Shown piece after piece: positions 1-13,375 of a stretch of DNA of 64,000 nucleotides. The first letter of the stretch is position 1. Each line of letters starts with the position of its first letter. This DNA comes from Phoronis australis (lineage: Eukaryota; Animalia; Phoronida): contig NMRA01000106.1 in NCBI GenBank assembly GCA_002633005.1, positions 38,940 to 102,939 on the forward strand. The letters run 5' to 3'. The translations under genes were made by a program, and so were the position numbers. Below the pieces are notes generated by a model, which worked only from the letters and a program-made list of their open reading frames with translations, searched no databases and was not told where the DNA came from.

Positions 1-84
1 TTATATCCAGGTTCTAATTCACACCCTTGCACACCGAGCTCAGAGGAATAGAAGACACCTTGTGCAATGCTCGATTGTCATCCA

Positions 85-140
85 GTGAAGTCAGGATTCG
101 AACCCAGGTCTCCCAAACAGAAGTCCCGACCTCTGATTGT
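85..140 (-). mobile_element. SINE head remnant
   Basis: Minus-strand B box CCTGGGTTCGAATCCTG. Confidence 0.4.
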
Positions 141-1692
141 CTGCTAACGAGTCCTAACAGACATGAATAAAGTATCGTATTTGTACCCATTTAGTAACCA
201 TTTAAAGGGTGTGCAAAAGTTGATTAGTTATTACCACACTGATTAGATTGTATATAAATGAGCTCAGGTACACTTACTGTCAATCGTGATTCTTGAATCT
301 AACTCATTCTCAAGCATAGACAACATCTGGGGTACGAGTCAGGGCTGCGGCGACCAACGGTTTTAAATTTAAGAAGACTGAACGGGGCCCTCTGACTGCG
401 TGAAAATAGGCAGAGGCAAGGTAACCTGCAAACCGTACATTTAATTTCGATCCGGCCGTGTACGTACGGTGGTTCCGGTGGGTGATGTTCAGGCGTAGAG
501 GCCCTAAACTTTTCAGTCGCGCTGTGAAATGACCTTGACATGGATTTGATGAATGTATCGTGATGATAATTCATCAATATTCCCACTCCATGTTTTTAAA
601 ATGCAATAAAGTTCTCATTTTTCCGTGTTGGTAAGACGTGCGGTCAATGTCGCATGCACATGAAATCCAAACAAAGTATTTTAGTATCCGGGCGTTGTTT
701 TCGGTATAGGTACACCATTCAGTGTATCAAATAACCGAAGTATCATTCATTTTTGTATGTACGAGTTGAATAAGTTAAATCTTTCCGTAGTAGTGAACCT
801 TCGGAATGGCGAAGCGAGCGGTGAGTAGTAGGCTGTTCCCATTTCCAACGACGTAAGCAACTTCAGTAACACGCACAAATAAACTAGATAAACAATTTCG
901 TCAAGTTACTCTCCGCTACTTCTATCCCAGTAGGTGTAATCGTGTAATCACTCATTAAAGCATGCCTGGTTTGAAAATTTGGCAGGAAGTAACGCGAGAA
1001 CGTGTTGGACCACATTACATTCGAATTGAGTCACGTTCTTTGCAAGCAACAGTCACGGCATCCTCATCTCTGGTAGGACTAATTCCGTCTCATCTCAAAA
1101 ACATATAGCTGACTCATCGTTGTGTATACAAATTTCCCTCNNNNNNNNNNNNNNNNNNNNNNNNNNNNNNNNNNNNNNNNNNNNNNNNNNNNNNNNNNNN
1201 NNNNNNNNNNNNNNNNNNNNNNNNNNNNNNNNNNNNNNNNNNNNNNNNNNNNNNNNNNNNNNNNNNNNNNNNNNNNNNNNNNNNNNNNNNNNNNNNNNNN
1301 NNNNNNNNNNNNNNNNNNNNNNNNNNNNNNNNNNNNNNNNNNNNNNNNNNNNNNNNNNNNNNNNNNNNNNNNNNNNNNNNNNNNNNNNNNNNNNNNNNNN
1401 NNNNNNNNNNNNNNNNNNNNNNNNNNNNNNNNNNNNNNNNNNNNNNNNNNNNNNNNNNNNNNNNNNNNNNNNNNNNNNNNNNNNNNNNNNNNNNNNNNNN
1501 NNNNNNNNNNNNNNNNNNNNNNNNNNNNNNNNNNNNNNNNNNNNNNNNNNNNNNNNNNNNNNNNNNNNNNNNNNNNNNNNNNNNNNNNNNNNNNNNNNNN
1601 NNNNNNNNNNNNNNNNNNNNNNNNNNNNNNNNNNNNNNNNNNNNNNNNNNNNNGTTCCAACTCCATACAGCAAACCTTATTCCATAGCACTA

Positions 1693-2157
1693 CTAAGATG
1701 AAAAATCTATAACTCTTTTTTGGTAGGTAGTGCGGCATACTGGACAAACGAAACGCCTTTCCCCTACAGCAAACTCTTCAAAGGCGTTCAAACAAACGTC
1801 ATGAAAAACATGGGAACAAGACAGCAAAACTGTCTTTCTCGTACTGACATCCACGTCGAGCTTTCCAACATTATCCAAGTCCGTCTTGCTACTATCATCA
1901 AAAGTTTGTTCAACTTTCTCACAAAATGTTTCGCGTGGGGATTTCTTTTTCGACACTCTTGCCTTTGCAGCAAAGACAGTCTTTCTCTTGGCGCCAACAG
2001 ATGGCACACTAGTACTTTGCTTCTTATCCACGGAGGCTAATTTCTCTTGTGCTTTTGTGGTGAACTCGGTGAAGTTCTCCTCTTCGCCGTCTGCTTGTGG
2101 CTGATGTGACAATGAATTCAAGCAAATAGGACACTCTTTGTGGCTCCTCTCGACAGC
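1693..2157 (-). CDS. RNF32: RING finger protein 32, last coding exon (second RING, split by a long low-complexity insert)
   Basis: AG acceptor at 2158-2159, phase 0. Encodes AVERSHKECPICLNSL...TVLLSCSHVFHDVCLNAFEEFAVGERRFVCPVCRTTYQKRVIDFSS*, matching the RNF32 C-terminal RING. Confidence 0.95.
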   Translation of the reverse strand, partial: AVERSHKECPICLNSLSHQPQADGEEENFTEFTTKAQEKLASVDKKQSTSVPSVGAKRKTVFAAKARVSKKKSPRETFCEKVEQTFDDSSKTDLDNVGKLDVDVSTRKTVLLSCSHVFHDVCLNAFEEFAVGERRFVCPVCRTTYQKRVIDFSS

Positions 2158-2794
2158 CTGAAAGAATTTGATATTCAACACTTTCATGAAAAAATAACCA
2201 GAGACTGTTCAAACTTGTGTCTAGAATTCAGTCCTAAACGGTTGGAGAATATTATTCAGGAAAACATAAAATATTTTGAAATTAATCCGCATATTTTGAA
2301 CAGGTCATAATTTTAAGAACTTACAGTGAACACTGCATGGATCTGCACTTGAAGACAGTTCAAAATCAGTGTTCACTTATGTTAGCTAGAATTGCTAAAA
2401 TTAGGATTGTTTTTAAACATCAGTTTAGAAACTATAAAGTCCACATAAAAGAAAACACTTTTGCTGACAAAGAAAATTCTATGTTCTTAACTCTCCCTTT
2501 CAAAATTTAGAACAAAGTCTAGAAAGTGGTTATGGTAGTTAATTTCCAATGATATTGAACAAACTACCTCCAGGACATACATGTGTACACCTCCACTTCT
2601 ACCATTCAATTAATATACATCATCTCTTTTATCAGTACATATCAATTATTTCGACAGCTTGAACCTAATAAATTACAGAATGATAGTTTCAAATTACTTC
2701 ACAATTCATGTTGTTTGTAACCAGGTTGTGTGGAAGAATCTGATAGCTTTATAGTATCCACATGACAAGAATCCTACGTTGGCACCCAAACCGG

Positions 2795-3295
2795 TCAAGA
2801 TTGGGCAACTTGACCAGTTTGCCTACCTCCGGAATTGCCGGTTGGGATCAAAGACCTCATGCGGTTGTAGTTAATTAAATTGCCTCAAGCTGCTGATGTT
2901 ATTGTTCCTAGATAATCAGACCCACCATAAAAAACACTGGGGGCGACAATTGTTTTAAATTTTCAATTGGAAAGTTTTTAAATAGCATATTTGAATCTTT
3001 CATGAAAAGTAGATGTTGTTTGTGTTTTGAATTTTCAAAATCGGACAAGAAATGTGACTTTTAGCCTGTGAATTTTAACCAAATGTTGTCCAGGGCTCAT
3101 ACGTCGTTCTGTGCCTCAGTAATTTTGTAGGGTGTGCAACATAATGGGCCAAATACCAAACTAACAGGCAACTTTGGAATTAGAGGTTGGCCAAGTGTCA
3201 TCGTACAATTCTTGGCATGAACACATTACGCTCAAGCTTATATTTCGGCAGAAAACAAGCTTATTCAGAGAAAATGCGATATGAGGCATGTTTTT
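2795..3295 (+). repeat. dispersed repeat, diverged copy at ~7605-8100 (both in RNF32 introns)
   Basis: Shared blocks in the same order: GATTGGGCAACT, GTTAATTAAAT..CCTCA.GCT, TTTTGAATTTT.AAAAT.GGACAA, GGGTGTGCAACATAAT. Confidence 0.65.
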
Positions 3296-3663
3296 TTTCA
3301 TTCAGCAGCACAGAATAAGGACTTAGTGTATGGTACCAATAATACTACTAGTTCGGTTTGTTTTATAGTTAAAGTGCTGAAATGAACTTTGACCCGTTTC
3401 TTATTAAACCCTGTTTGATACTCAATGACATTGTTTCTTCCAGGAAAACTTACAAACCACGAGAAATCATGGCCGCAATATATATCTCCATGGTTAGATC
3501 TCTTAATTACTTTGAATGCAAACTCGCCCACCTCAACAGTAAAGAAAATTTTGAGTCCAGTTTGTTTGCGTTCATAAGCTTCATTGTTATATTTTGGCCA
3601 CAAGTGCATCAAGAGAGAAAATGCCACTTTAAAAGGGTTGACACTCATTACAACTTGACGCAC

Positions 3664-3828
3664 CTTCAGCTGGATGTCGAACCATTCATCCTCCGTTATA
3701 ACTTTTGACGCATTATCAAAATGCCTGAAGATGTCTCTGCTGGCCTGAAGATTACGATCGATCTCTCCCAGGAATCCATTGAGGTCATAATCACAAGACC
3801 TAATCATACGATCGTTTATGCTGCACAG
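3664..3828 (-). CDS. RNF32: RNF32 internal exon
   Basis: 165 bp, AG/GT bounded, phase 0/0. Encodes LCSINDRMIRSCDYDLNGFLGEIDRNLQASRDIFRHFDNASKVITEDEWFDIQLK (cf. RNF32 EIDQCL...ITEEEWEKIQ). Confidence 0.92.
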
Positions 3829-3933
3829 CTGAAATCAACACACAATTGTGAGACTTGTTAAGCCACACAACATTCAAAAACTATGAAGTCTTTAATAATG
3901 CAGCTGTGCACTTACCCAAGAACTTAAAGGATA

Positions 3934-4168
3934 TATCCGCGCACCCAGGGGGGGGGGCTATTTGGCGAAGTGAGCAAAAAGGTCTGCCTCAAAAAAACAA
4001 AAACTCTGAAAAAACTAGAAAACGAGACAACAGTCCACTAAAAAACCAGGAATTATTTAAATTCGGCGAATGCACAATTCATAGCTGCAAACAGACCTGT
4101 TGTTTTAGTAAAAGTTCCACATTTTCAAAAACTCGAGCCCCCCATTTTCTAGGCTGGGTGGGCGCATG
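3934..4168. mobile_element. MITE with CATGCGCGCACCC-like TIRs
   Basis: TATCCGCGCACCC...GGGTGGGCGCATG with flanks GGATA/TGATA. Relatives at ~12731-12930, 20837-21076 and ~24010-24248. Confidence 0.7.
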
Positions 4169-4696
4169 TGATACAAGAACAGAATAGTACACAGGTTATC
4201 TCTGTCACACTTTTGGACGCAGCATTAATACAAAATAAACAATGACAAACTCAAACATTACACTCATCACTACCAGTACTGACACAATTTCTCTTGTACT
4301 GCTGTCTGTTTGCACATTCAACTTGTTTAGAATACAAAAAAGTGAATGGCAAAACTATAAACTTTTTTAGACACTGTGAAGAAAAAAGGAGAAGACATTG
4401 CCATCTAACGGGCATGCAGCAATGAATTTACATAATATTAACTGTTTGAGAAGTAAAACAACCAACAAGGAAAGAAGTTAAGCCAACATTAAAATTTGCT
4501 TCCCTTCATAACTTAAAGTGTGTCACGAGATTACTCAAAAAACATTATTTGCAATCTGATGAAAGAATTATAGTTGAATATGAAAACCCAAATTAGTATT
4601 TTGCAACGCCAAGCTGTTGACATAATTATACTCATGACAACAATGAATTTACATATTATTAACTGTTTCTAAGTGCATTAGTTTGAGAATTGAAAT

Positions 4697-4786
4697 GACA
4701 AGACCAACATCAGGACAAGACCAACATCAAGACAAGACCAACATCAGGACAAGACCAACATCAGGACAAGACCAACATCAGGACAA
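4697..4786 (+). repeat. 17-bp tandem repeat x5
   Basis: GACAAGACCAACATCAG. Confidence 0.9.
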
Positions 4787-5289
4787 CATATTGCTTCCCT
4801 ACGTGTAATTGACATCATGTGTATTATTAAAGAAATTGATTTGCAATCTGACGAACGTAATGTAGTTTAATATGAAAATACAAATTCATAATTTACAACA
4901 CAAAGCTGATGAAATATATTCATACAGCTGGTAGATCCGAAAATACATGACCCGTACCTACTGTAGTGCCCCCAGAACGATGTGGGAGGAATTGTCATCC
5001 AACGGCGCTACCATTTATTCCCATGAAAAAACTCTCTACTTTGCTCACAAAACATAAAATGAAAATTTTCCAACTTTCGTTGTCTTTAACGTCAGTCGTC
5101 CCTATGCACCTCAGTGGATTAAACCAGACAAGTGAGCGTCTTTCATAGAACAACTACACAGCATGACCATTATAGGAGGTGAGAGGGGAAGGGGGAGGTG
5201 AGATTGGCTGGGCTAGGTGAGAGGGNGGAAGGTGAGAGGGGTGGGGGTAAGAAGAGTAAGGGAGGTTAGGCAAACCAAAAATTGTTTTA

Positions 5290-5679
<390 letters not shown>

Positions 5680-5742
5680 CTAGATTCGATTTTTAAAATA
5701 TATTAATGAGTGAGCATCTTTAGTATAGAAAATTTTGTGTCA

Positions 5743-6406
5743 TATGGCATCATACTGATGATAATCAGAGTAATGTGAGAGTAATTCATGGCATCCTACT
5801 GATGATAATCACAGTAATGTGAGAGTAATTCATGGCATCCTACTGATGATAATCAGAGTAATGTGAGAGTAATTCATGGCATCCTACTGATGATAATCAG
5901 AGTAATGTGAGAGTAATTCATGGCATCCTACTGATGATAATCAGAGTAATGTGAGAGTAATTCATGGCATCCTACTGATGATAATCAGAGTAATGTGAGA
6001 GTAATTCATGGCATCCTACTGATGATAATCAGAGTAATGTGAGAGTAATTCATGGCATCCTACTGATGATAATCAGAGTAATGTGAGAGTAATTCATGGC
6101 ATCCTACTGATGATAATCAGAGTAATGTGAGAGTAATTCATGGCATCCTACTGATGATAATCAGAGTAATGTGAGAGTAATTCATGGCATCCTACTGATG
6201 ATAATCAGAGTAATGTGAGAGTAATTCATGGCATCCTACTGATGATAATCAGAGTAATGTGAGAGTAATTCATGGCATCCTACTGATGATAATCACAGTA
6301 ATGTGAGAGTAATTCATGGCATCCTACTGATGATAATCACAGTAATGTGAGAGTAATTCATGGCATCCTACTGATGATAATCACAGTAATGTGAGAGTAA
6401 TTCATG
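5743..6406 (+). repeat. 44-bp minisatellite, ~15 copies, RNF32 intron
   Basis: CATGGCATCCTACTGATGATAATCA(G/C)AGTAATGTGAGAGTAATT in near-perfect tandem. Confidence 0.97.
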
Positions 6407-7054
6407 GGAAATCCTATTGATCATGAAACTATATGAAGAGTAATAATAAGAATTCTCATCAATCATACATATCAAACACCATGTGAATTCATATATCCTT
6501 AATAATGAATTGTAATCAAGCACTAGGTTTAACACATTAACTTCAAACACACAAGTCAATACAGAGTACAAGCAGACAAGAGATGGTTCTCATTGTCAGC
6601 CATAACATAACACACAATTCACAGTTGCATCTCATAAGAAAGCAGTCCTAACCATCGCGCTATATCTTGTACATGGCGCAGACTACTCAGAAGGAATGTC
6701 ATAATCCAATCAGATGGCCGTTGCAGAAATATTGCTGATATATTTATAAATCTATGTTAACTTTGAGTGACTTAATTATTCACACCTCCTCCTGCTTACA
6801 CGACTCCCTTTTTCACAGTGCCACCTTTGGAGGACAGGGAATTGTGAAAGGGTGTTGAACATGCAGAAATATGTTATGAAGGCATCAGTGCGTGTGCCTC
6901 AGTTAGGACGTTTCTAGTAAACACATGCATCGGAAATGAGCAGAAAGTAACAGTGAACCAGTTTTTTTTTTCATTTGATGCTCTTTAGATCGCCTGAGTC
7001 AAGAAATATAAACTTGAGTGGAATGAATCCATCTTGTCTGTTCTTGTAAATGTT

Positions 7055-7078
7055 GCAGCAGTAGCAGCAGCAGCTGTA

Positions 7079-7136
<58 letters not shown>

Positions 7137-7137
7137 T

Positions 7138-7168
<31 letters not shown>

Positions 7169-7174
7169 GTAGCA
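7055..7174 (+). repeat. interrupted (CAG)n microsatellite, intronic
   Basis: About 40 triplets with TAG/AAG/CTG/CAA interruptions. Confidence 0.95.
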
Positions 7175-7350
7175 AGCCACTAAGACATTTGTCAATAAAT
7201 GACACAGCATACTCATGCATTTACCAACATTCAACCAATATATATATTATTTTCTAACCAATCAGAATGTTATTTTGTTCCACCAATCAATGAGATGACA
7301 TGTTATATCATAGTTTCACTACCCTTACTATTACTGAGAGATTGTACTTA

Positions 7351-7485
<135 letters not shown>

Positions 7486-9846
7486 TTAGCAATATACAAC
7501 AATTGATGACACAGTTATTTAAAACTGTTACATACTCTGCCTTGTTGAGTCACATGTCAAGCAACATCATGAAAACAATCTTACATTGACACTCTAACTG
7601 AATGAGATTGGGCAACTCCACCTGTTGGCTCACCACAAAATTTGTAGCTTTAGATCAAAGATGCCATATTGCCGTGGTTAATTAAATCACCTCAGGCTCC
7701 TTCTCAAGACAATAATACCCTTCATTAACATATTAGGGGCAGCAACACTATTTCCAAAGTTTCGTTTTGAAAGTTAGTAAATAGCCTATTTGAATAGTTG
7801 TTTTAAAGCACACGTGACTAGGCTTTTGAATTTTGAAAATTGGACAAAGAATATGACTTTTACAACCTAAAACGTTTGATTAATATTGCAGTAATATGTT
7901 CTTTGTAATTCTGTTGGGTGTGCAACATAATTAGGCCAATCACCAAACCACAGCTGCAGCAGTTGGATGTTGAGGTACGTGAGTCAAGTGTCATCACACA
8001 GTTCTTGGAATGATGGAATGACAGTATCAAGCCCAGAACTCATTTCTAGCCAAGAACAGTTTTATGACTGGTGAGAAATCTGAATGAAAAGTGTGTTTAT
8101 TGACAGAAGGGGCACTAAAACTGTTTATTGACAGAAGGGGAACTTTATACACATGATTTGAGTTAAGTTTTCACCCACAATTTTTTTTTGTAAATAGTGA
8201 CATCATATTTCAAGGTGTCTTGTGTCCTTCTCAAAGACTTTTAACTGGCTGCCTGAAAAATGTTTCCTTCCAATTTTTCTTAATGTATCATTTATAGCAG
8301 AATGAATAAGATTTCCAAGGCTCATTAACATTCCATACACAAAACACATGGGTGTTCTCACGGTCTTCTATAGTCACCAAGCAACACAATACTTTTTCTC
8401 GCCAACAATTTCTCTTTTTCCATGCACAATATTTCAATTCTTTCATGAACATTTTTTCCCAATGAATAACACGCACCTGAATTACCAGGTAGTATTTAAA
8501 CAACAAAATGCAAGGACGCCAAGTTCACATTTGTTTAAAACACATCATGTCTAATCACATACGCAGTAAAAGTCCTCATTCATAAAGTCAAATATGTTCC
8601 TCTATACCACCCGCTGTGAAGAAGTACCTTCTGGTACAGGTGGCGCTAGTCAGCGGTCCTACTTGATCAGCCCGCATTGCTTCCTGAAAGTCACCCATTA
8701 TCTTGAGCATATACATCAGGTCATGAAATAATGAACAACCCGAAAAACCTTCCTCATTACCGCCGGGGTCGGTGGAAATTCCTGAGAAAACCACAAACCT
8801 TTGTTTGGCCAGTAACACGCAAGTTCATGCCTTTACACATCACCTGATGACATTCAGTTCCATTAACAGACCAGGCGTAATTACCATGTTTATTGCCCCT
8901 ACAGTCCGAATGGGCAATAAACTATTGAAATCACTGATATAAAAGCGTGTCAAGTTTATAGTCCCTGTAACACTCGGACATTTCGTGTTCTGACGTGATG
9001 AGATGTGGCTCATGAGAAATGAACAGTGGTTCATGAGAAAAGAAATTACAAGAACTCATGTGAAAGAATGACTTGCGCACTTTGAAGGAAGACTTCATAC
9101 TTAGAATATAACTTCCTAAAACCACTTTGAGGTAACATCATTCCTAAAATCTATTTGGTCTATTTACACCAGGCTCTAGCATATTTACATTTTTTACAAG
9201 TTGGTGTGAATAAATCAATATATTTTGGAAATGATGTTCCTACACTTAAGTGCTAAGAAAATTCTGCCGAGATTAGTGTAGTGTATTACTTATAATTACT
9301 AAGAAAAGAGTATATTAATTTTCTACTTAACTCAAAACACGTGATCCCCGGAAGCCCCGCTACCCAAGACTTCTCGTGGTGATCTCACAAACTAGTGAGC
9401 AGGGTATACTAGAATTAGTCAGTGCGCTTTTGCTTTTAATTAGACCACTAACAGAAACTGGTCTCAGCTCATTTCTTACTGAGATGATTTAGCTACTGGT
9501 TCTAAATGCCTGAACGTGAGTTTGTTATTACCCGAGACCAGACTCAGTAAGCCACAGTGGACCACATTTTATGTGCCAAGAATACTCACAACAAGTAACA
9601 GACTGTCACTTACTTTCAAACCCAGACACAGTTTCAGTTTATCTGCATAAGGAGCAGGCTGAGACCAGTGACAAGCGATCGCAAACACTTATAAGTCTGG
9701 TCTGCACACCACCTCTTGGCCACATCAAGTGATTTATATTCATTAGGTCACGTGATGCAACCAACAGGGGGCCTGCATACCAGACTTCAAAATGTTTGCG
9801 ATTTCAGAATAAAGCAATTTCAGTAGATTGCAATTTAAAGCCATAC

Positions 9847-10022
9847 CCTGTGAAACACGTGTGAGCATGAAAGTAAGACTTGCTGCAGTGTTCCAATGTG
9901 TTCTTTGCAGATTACACAAGGGTGACTGAAGTCATCTCTCTCACAAGACTTTGCCTTCAATGAGGACCAGTCCTCCTCTGTCAACAATTGGCTGGGTCCT
10001 TCAACTAACCCCATTTTCTGAG
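9847..10022 (-). CDS. RNF32: RNF32 exon (N-terminal half of RING 1)
   Basis: 176 bp, phase 1/0. Encodes AQKMGLVEGPSQLLTEEDWSSLKAKSCERDDFSHPCVICKEHIGTLQQVLLSCSHVFHR. Confidence 0.95.
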
Positions 10023-10135
10023 CTGAAATAGGAATGCAAACATGAGAAACTAGACATATTGTGCGAACATTGTGCATATTTATTGCTTGTGTTCCAACAC
10101 ATAAACAGGACAAAATCAGAACCATTAGTTAAGTA

Positions 10136-10450
10136 TGTTAACTGTCTAAATCACCTTCTAAAAAGCATAAAAGTCTAGTGAGTCACATGTTTCCGCCCTT
10201 TCTCTAAAGGCCTTGTTCACTGACTAGATTTCCCGCGTCTGGTTGACCTGGGTTTAGAATGAGGTCGTATACCGCTGGGAGCTGAAACCCTTGATCCCTG
10301 TTGGAATTGGGGCAAGGGTTATAGCTCCCAGCGGCGTACGACCTCATTCTAAAACTATGTCAACCTGACGTAGGAAATCCAATCAGAGGGAGGAAATGTC
10401 CGACTCAACAGACTTTTAGGCTTTTTAGAAAGTGATATAGCCATTTAACA
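10136..10450. mobile_element. palindromic MITE in RNF32 intron
   Basis: TGTTAA...TTAACA ends; TAGAATGAGGTCGTAxxCCGCTGGGAGCT is inverted with AGCTCCCAGCGGxxTACGACCTCATTCTA. Confidence 0.8.
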
Positions 10451-10537
10451 TCATATCATCGGAAAGCAATGAAAAACCTTTTCCATCGCATTTTTCATAG
10501 TCTTGTCAGTAATGACAGTGGGCAAAGCTTGGTATAC

Positions 10538-10618
10538 CTAGTGTTGGCTTTGGAGGTTTTGGATCAAGAACATACTCCTTGTCTTTCTCAGCAGGTTTCT
10601 TTTTTGTCATTGGTTTTC
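10538..10618 (-). CDS. RNF32: RNF32 exon
   Basis: 81 bp, phase 1/1. Encodes KPMTKKKPAEKDKEYVLDPKPPKPTL (RNF32 motif EKEYVLDPKPP). Confidence 0.93.
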
Positions 10619-11011
10619 CTGTAATTATGATAAGAATTTGATCAATGGCACAAGAAATATGTAATTTATAACTGTAAACAGAAAGTAACAATAATTAATA
10701 TTTTTTCACTAATTACAACAATATCATGGTAACTGACAGACTAAAACAACATTCTGGTATGTACGGGTATTCATATTTAAGGCCTAATAATGTTAATTCA
10801 CATCACGTGTGGATTTAGGGGAGCACACACAGAACCTGGACACCCACAATCTGGCACATATTTTTGGGCTGTTGAGAACATGTGCAAACATAATAACTGC
10901 TTCCTGTGTGATCGCATATCCAAATCTGAAAACTCTACAGCAGTCCGTAGACATACTTTGGCCTACAAAAATGCTCTCATAAACAAGATGCATGAGGAAG
11001 GCAGTGTTTAC

Positions 11012-11168
11012 CTCTGCCAGTGTCAATAGTTGCTTTTATTTCTTTCCTTGGTTTTGGTCTGCCAATCTTTCTGCTAGGGCTTGCTTTCAACACTCCGTCA
11101 GATAGGGACAAATTGCGTAATATGTGGTCCTGCAGTGCAACAGCGGCCATTGCAGTTGAGCCTCCAGT
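11012..11168 (-). CDS. RNF32: RNF32 N-terminal coding exon (start may be the internal ATG of MAAVALQDH)
   Basis: 157 bp, AG/GT bounded. Encodes TGGSTAMAAVALQDHILRNLSLSDG...KEIKATIDTGR (RNF32 AVALQDHIL and IIDTG motifs). Confidence 0.9.
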
Positions 11169-11241
11169 CTAATGAAAACAAGAATCAAGAATTTACAGGA
11201 AATAAAAACTTAACCGTGAGTTCATAAATAAAAATACTTGC

Positions 11242-11268
11242 CTTTGTGAAGTGTACCTTGTGTAACAT
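11242..11268 (-). CDS. RNF32: candidate RNF32 start micro-exon (MLHK with GT donor at 11255-11256, or MLHKVHFTK with GC donor)
   Basis: ATG at 11268-11266; both possible donors are phase 0 and fit the next exon. Only weak resemblance to the vertebrate MLKNK start. Confidence 0.3.
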
Positions 11269-11649
11269 AACAAATGAAATATAAAGTTTTGCAAAGTATT
11301 GGTAGAGTTCCAGATTCACCAACTGAAACTGGATCACAGGCCAAGACCAGCTTTGTTTCTGTAGAAGAGAATGACAATGTATAGCGACAAGCAGAGCAAA
11401 ATCATGAGGTCAATCTTATCAACTGTGATTGAAACCATCAAATACATTGTACTAGTTGTGAATTTTATGGCATAATTGCCAGGCAATAATGGCTTACAAA
11501 ACCTTTCACTTTATGGTTTCAGTTAAATTATGTTCTTACGTGGGGCATAATGAATGTTCATAATCAATTATTCAAACACACACTTCATNNNNNNNNNNNN
11601 NNNNNNNNNNNNNNNNNNNNNNNNNNNNNNNNNNNNNNNNNNNNNNNNA

Positions 11650-13325
11650 AGCACGGGTGAAACTGATGCAGCGTTTTTTAGTCGGTGAATACCGGCAAGG
11701 TAGAGTTCAGTGGCTGTCGCGGCTCAGAGAAATATCTAGCCAAAATCACGTGCCCTCTTTTAGATTACACGGCTATATATCGCGTAATCTCTCGTCTTGT
11801 TTTCTAAAAGATCTAGCATTACTGAAATCTACCCAAGTTTCAAAAGGAGTAGTTTCGGTCTACACGCTGTCGGTTTCGTGCAAGCCCGGCCGACTGAAAA
11901 CACCTTTCCTGACTTGCATTCTGTTGTTTTCCTTATATGTGGAAAGTCACATGACTTGACTAATTGATAAAGTTCTTAACTTTATCACTTTGAAAACGCT
12001 ATAGAGAGTATCGGCGCATGAAACACCGTTTGGTAATTATTTTGCTATTATTCTGTACATAATGAGTTATTCTCTAATACAAAGACAAGGGTAAATCTAT
12101 CACCTGCGAAATGCACGCAGTGATGACTCTCGTGTCAATTCCACATCATATCAACTAGGAAGATGTGAATGATTAGGGGACCAACATTACAAAAATCCCT
12201 CGTTTGGTTTCAAGTCCAGATTACAGCTGTTAATTTGAGGCTAATCTAGCTATTGGTCTAGTGTATTGTGAAGCTTTCCTGTGCTATTTTGTTCGGCAGG
12301 TCAAGGTTCAGATAGTTACTAAAACAAACCAGAAGACCGACACCCACGCATCTCTTTTGGTTATTTTTATCCTCATTTCTTCGGGCAAAATGATCCAAAC
12401 TTGAATTTTTGGAGGAATTCAACTTCAGACAAGCAGCTCCAAAAGTCCCAGTTTCGGTCCACAAGCCAGTGTTTTATTGCTGGGACTAGCCATAACTGTA
12501 CCAGTACTATTGGCGGCAATTCCTTTAGTCCACGCAGTAGGACCTTCGATCAGATTCTCTGATGAACATCCTTCTTGACGCCAGTGGGAATTGTCATCTG
12601 ACATACTAAAATGGGCCTTTGTCATTTGTGGGGACGGGCCCAGCAAGCTCGTTACCCATTACATTTTATTGAGCCATACTAGATCGGATCCGTTGATTCT
12701 CCATAGGTATTTGTCTAGAGTGGACATGCATTAGGGGAGCCTCGAGGGCTCGAACGAAGTGGGCAAAAGGTCCTCCTCAAAGAAACAAAAACTACAAAAA
12801 AGTAGATAACGAGACAAAATTAAAAGTCCATAAAAAAGGCAGGAGCTACCACTAATTCGGCGCAAATCTAAGTGAAAGGTCCGCATTTCAAAAATTCGAG
12901 CCCCCCATTTTTAGGCTGGGTGCTCGCATGCATTTTCGCAAGGCCCTAGCATTATTAGGCTTAGACAACGTACGTGGGCCTATCTGCTATGATTTTTGTC
13001 TGCTCGCGAGAACGGAATCAACCCCAGGTGTCGCAATTTGTCATTCATCCGGGAATTTCTACTAGTGTTCCGCCATTTTAAGCGTTGTTGGTTGGCGTTC
13101 TTTTCTCCGTCTTTGTTTGAAGATCTGTCANGCATTATTAGGCTTAGACAACGTACGTGGGCCTATCTGCTATGATTTTTGTCTGCTCGCGAGAACGGAA
13201 TCAACCCCAGGTGTCGCAATTTGTCATTCATCCGGGCATTTCTACTAGTGTTCCGCCATTTTAAGCGTTGTTGGTTGGCGTTCTTTTCTCCGTCTTTGTT
13301 TGAAGATCTGTCATATCGAGTGAGA
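11650..13325. promoter_or_regulatory. divergent (head-to-head) promoter region of RNF32 and ZNF207
   Basis: CpG-enriched stretches. YY1-type CGCCATTTT about 70 bp upstream of the ZNF207 ATG, GCTCGCGAGA (TCTCGCGAGA-like) near 13184, and palindrome-like GTCACATGAC near 11946. Confidence 0.55.
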
Positions 13326-13366
13326 ATGGGAAGAAAAAAGAAGAAGCAGTCGAAACCTTGGTGTTG
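13326..13366 (+). CDS. ZNF207: BUB3-interacting GLEBS zinc-finger protein BuGZ, first coding exon only
   Basis: 41 nt encoding MGRKKKKQSKPWC(W), the diagnostic ZNF207 N-terminus (MGRKKKKQLKPWCWYC), followed by GTATCCTTT. Confidence 0.9.
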
Positions 13367-13375
13367 GTATCCTTT
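13367..13375 (+). other. U12-type (minor spliceosome) 5' splice site
   Basis: GTATCCTTT matches the RTATCCTT U12 donor consensus and interrupts the Trp codon of ZNF207. Confidence 0.85.

Noticed and set aside
299-586. 95-aa ORF and nearby exon-like pieces
   Set aside because: No recognisable domain, and no consistent exon chain could be built.
1079-1747. Long ORFs spanning N runs (also 25373-25933, 28033-28450, 36172-36663)
   Set aside because: They are artefacts of translating assembly gaps.
5743-6406. CTGATGA in each 44-bp unit as hammerhead ribozyme core, or the array as CRISPR
   Set aside because: There is no stem II or GAAA partner, the units are identical with no unique spacers, and the context is a eukaryotic intron.
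6971-7234. Poly-Cys / poly-Leu / poly-Gln ORFs
   Set aside because: They are translations of an intronic CAG microsatellite; RNF32 splices around it in phase.
12949-13313. Direct duplications flanking single Ns (also ~15028-15269, ~15611-16580, ~26450-26760)
   Set aside because: The pattern is typical of unmerged contig overlaps or haplotypes, not biological tandem repeats.
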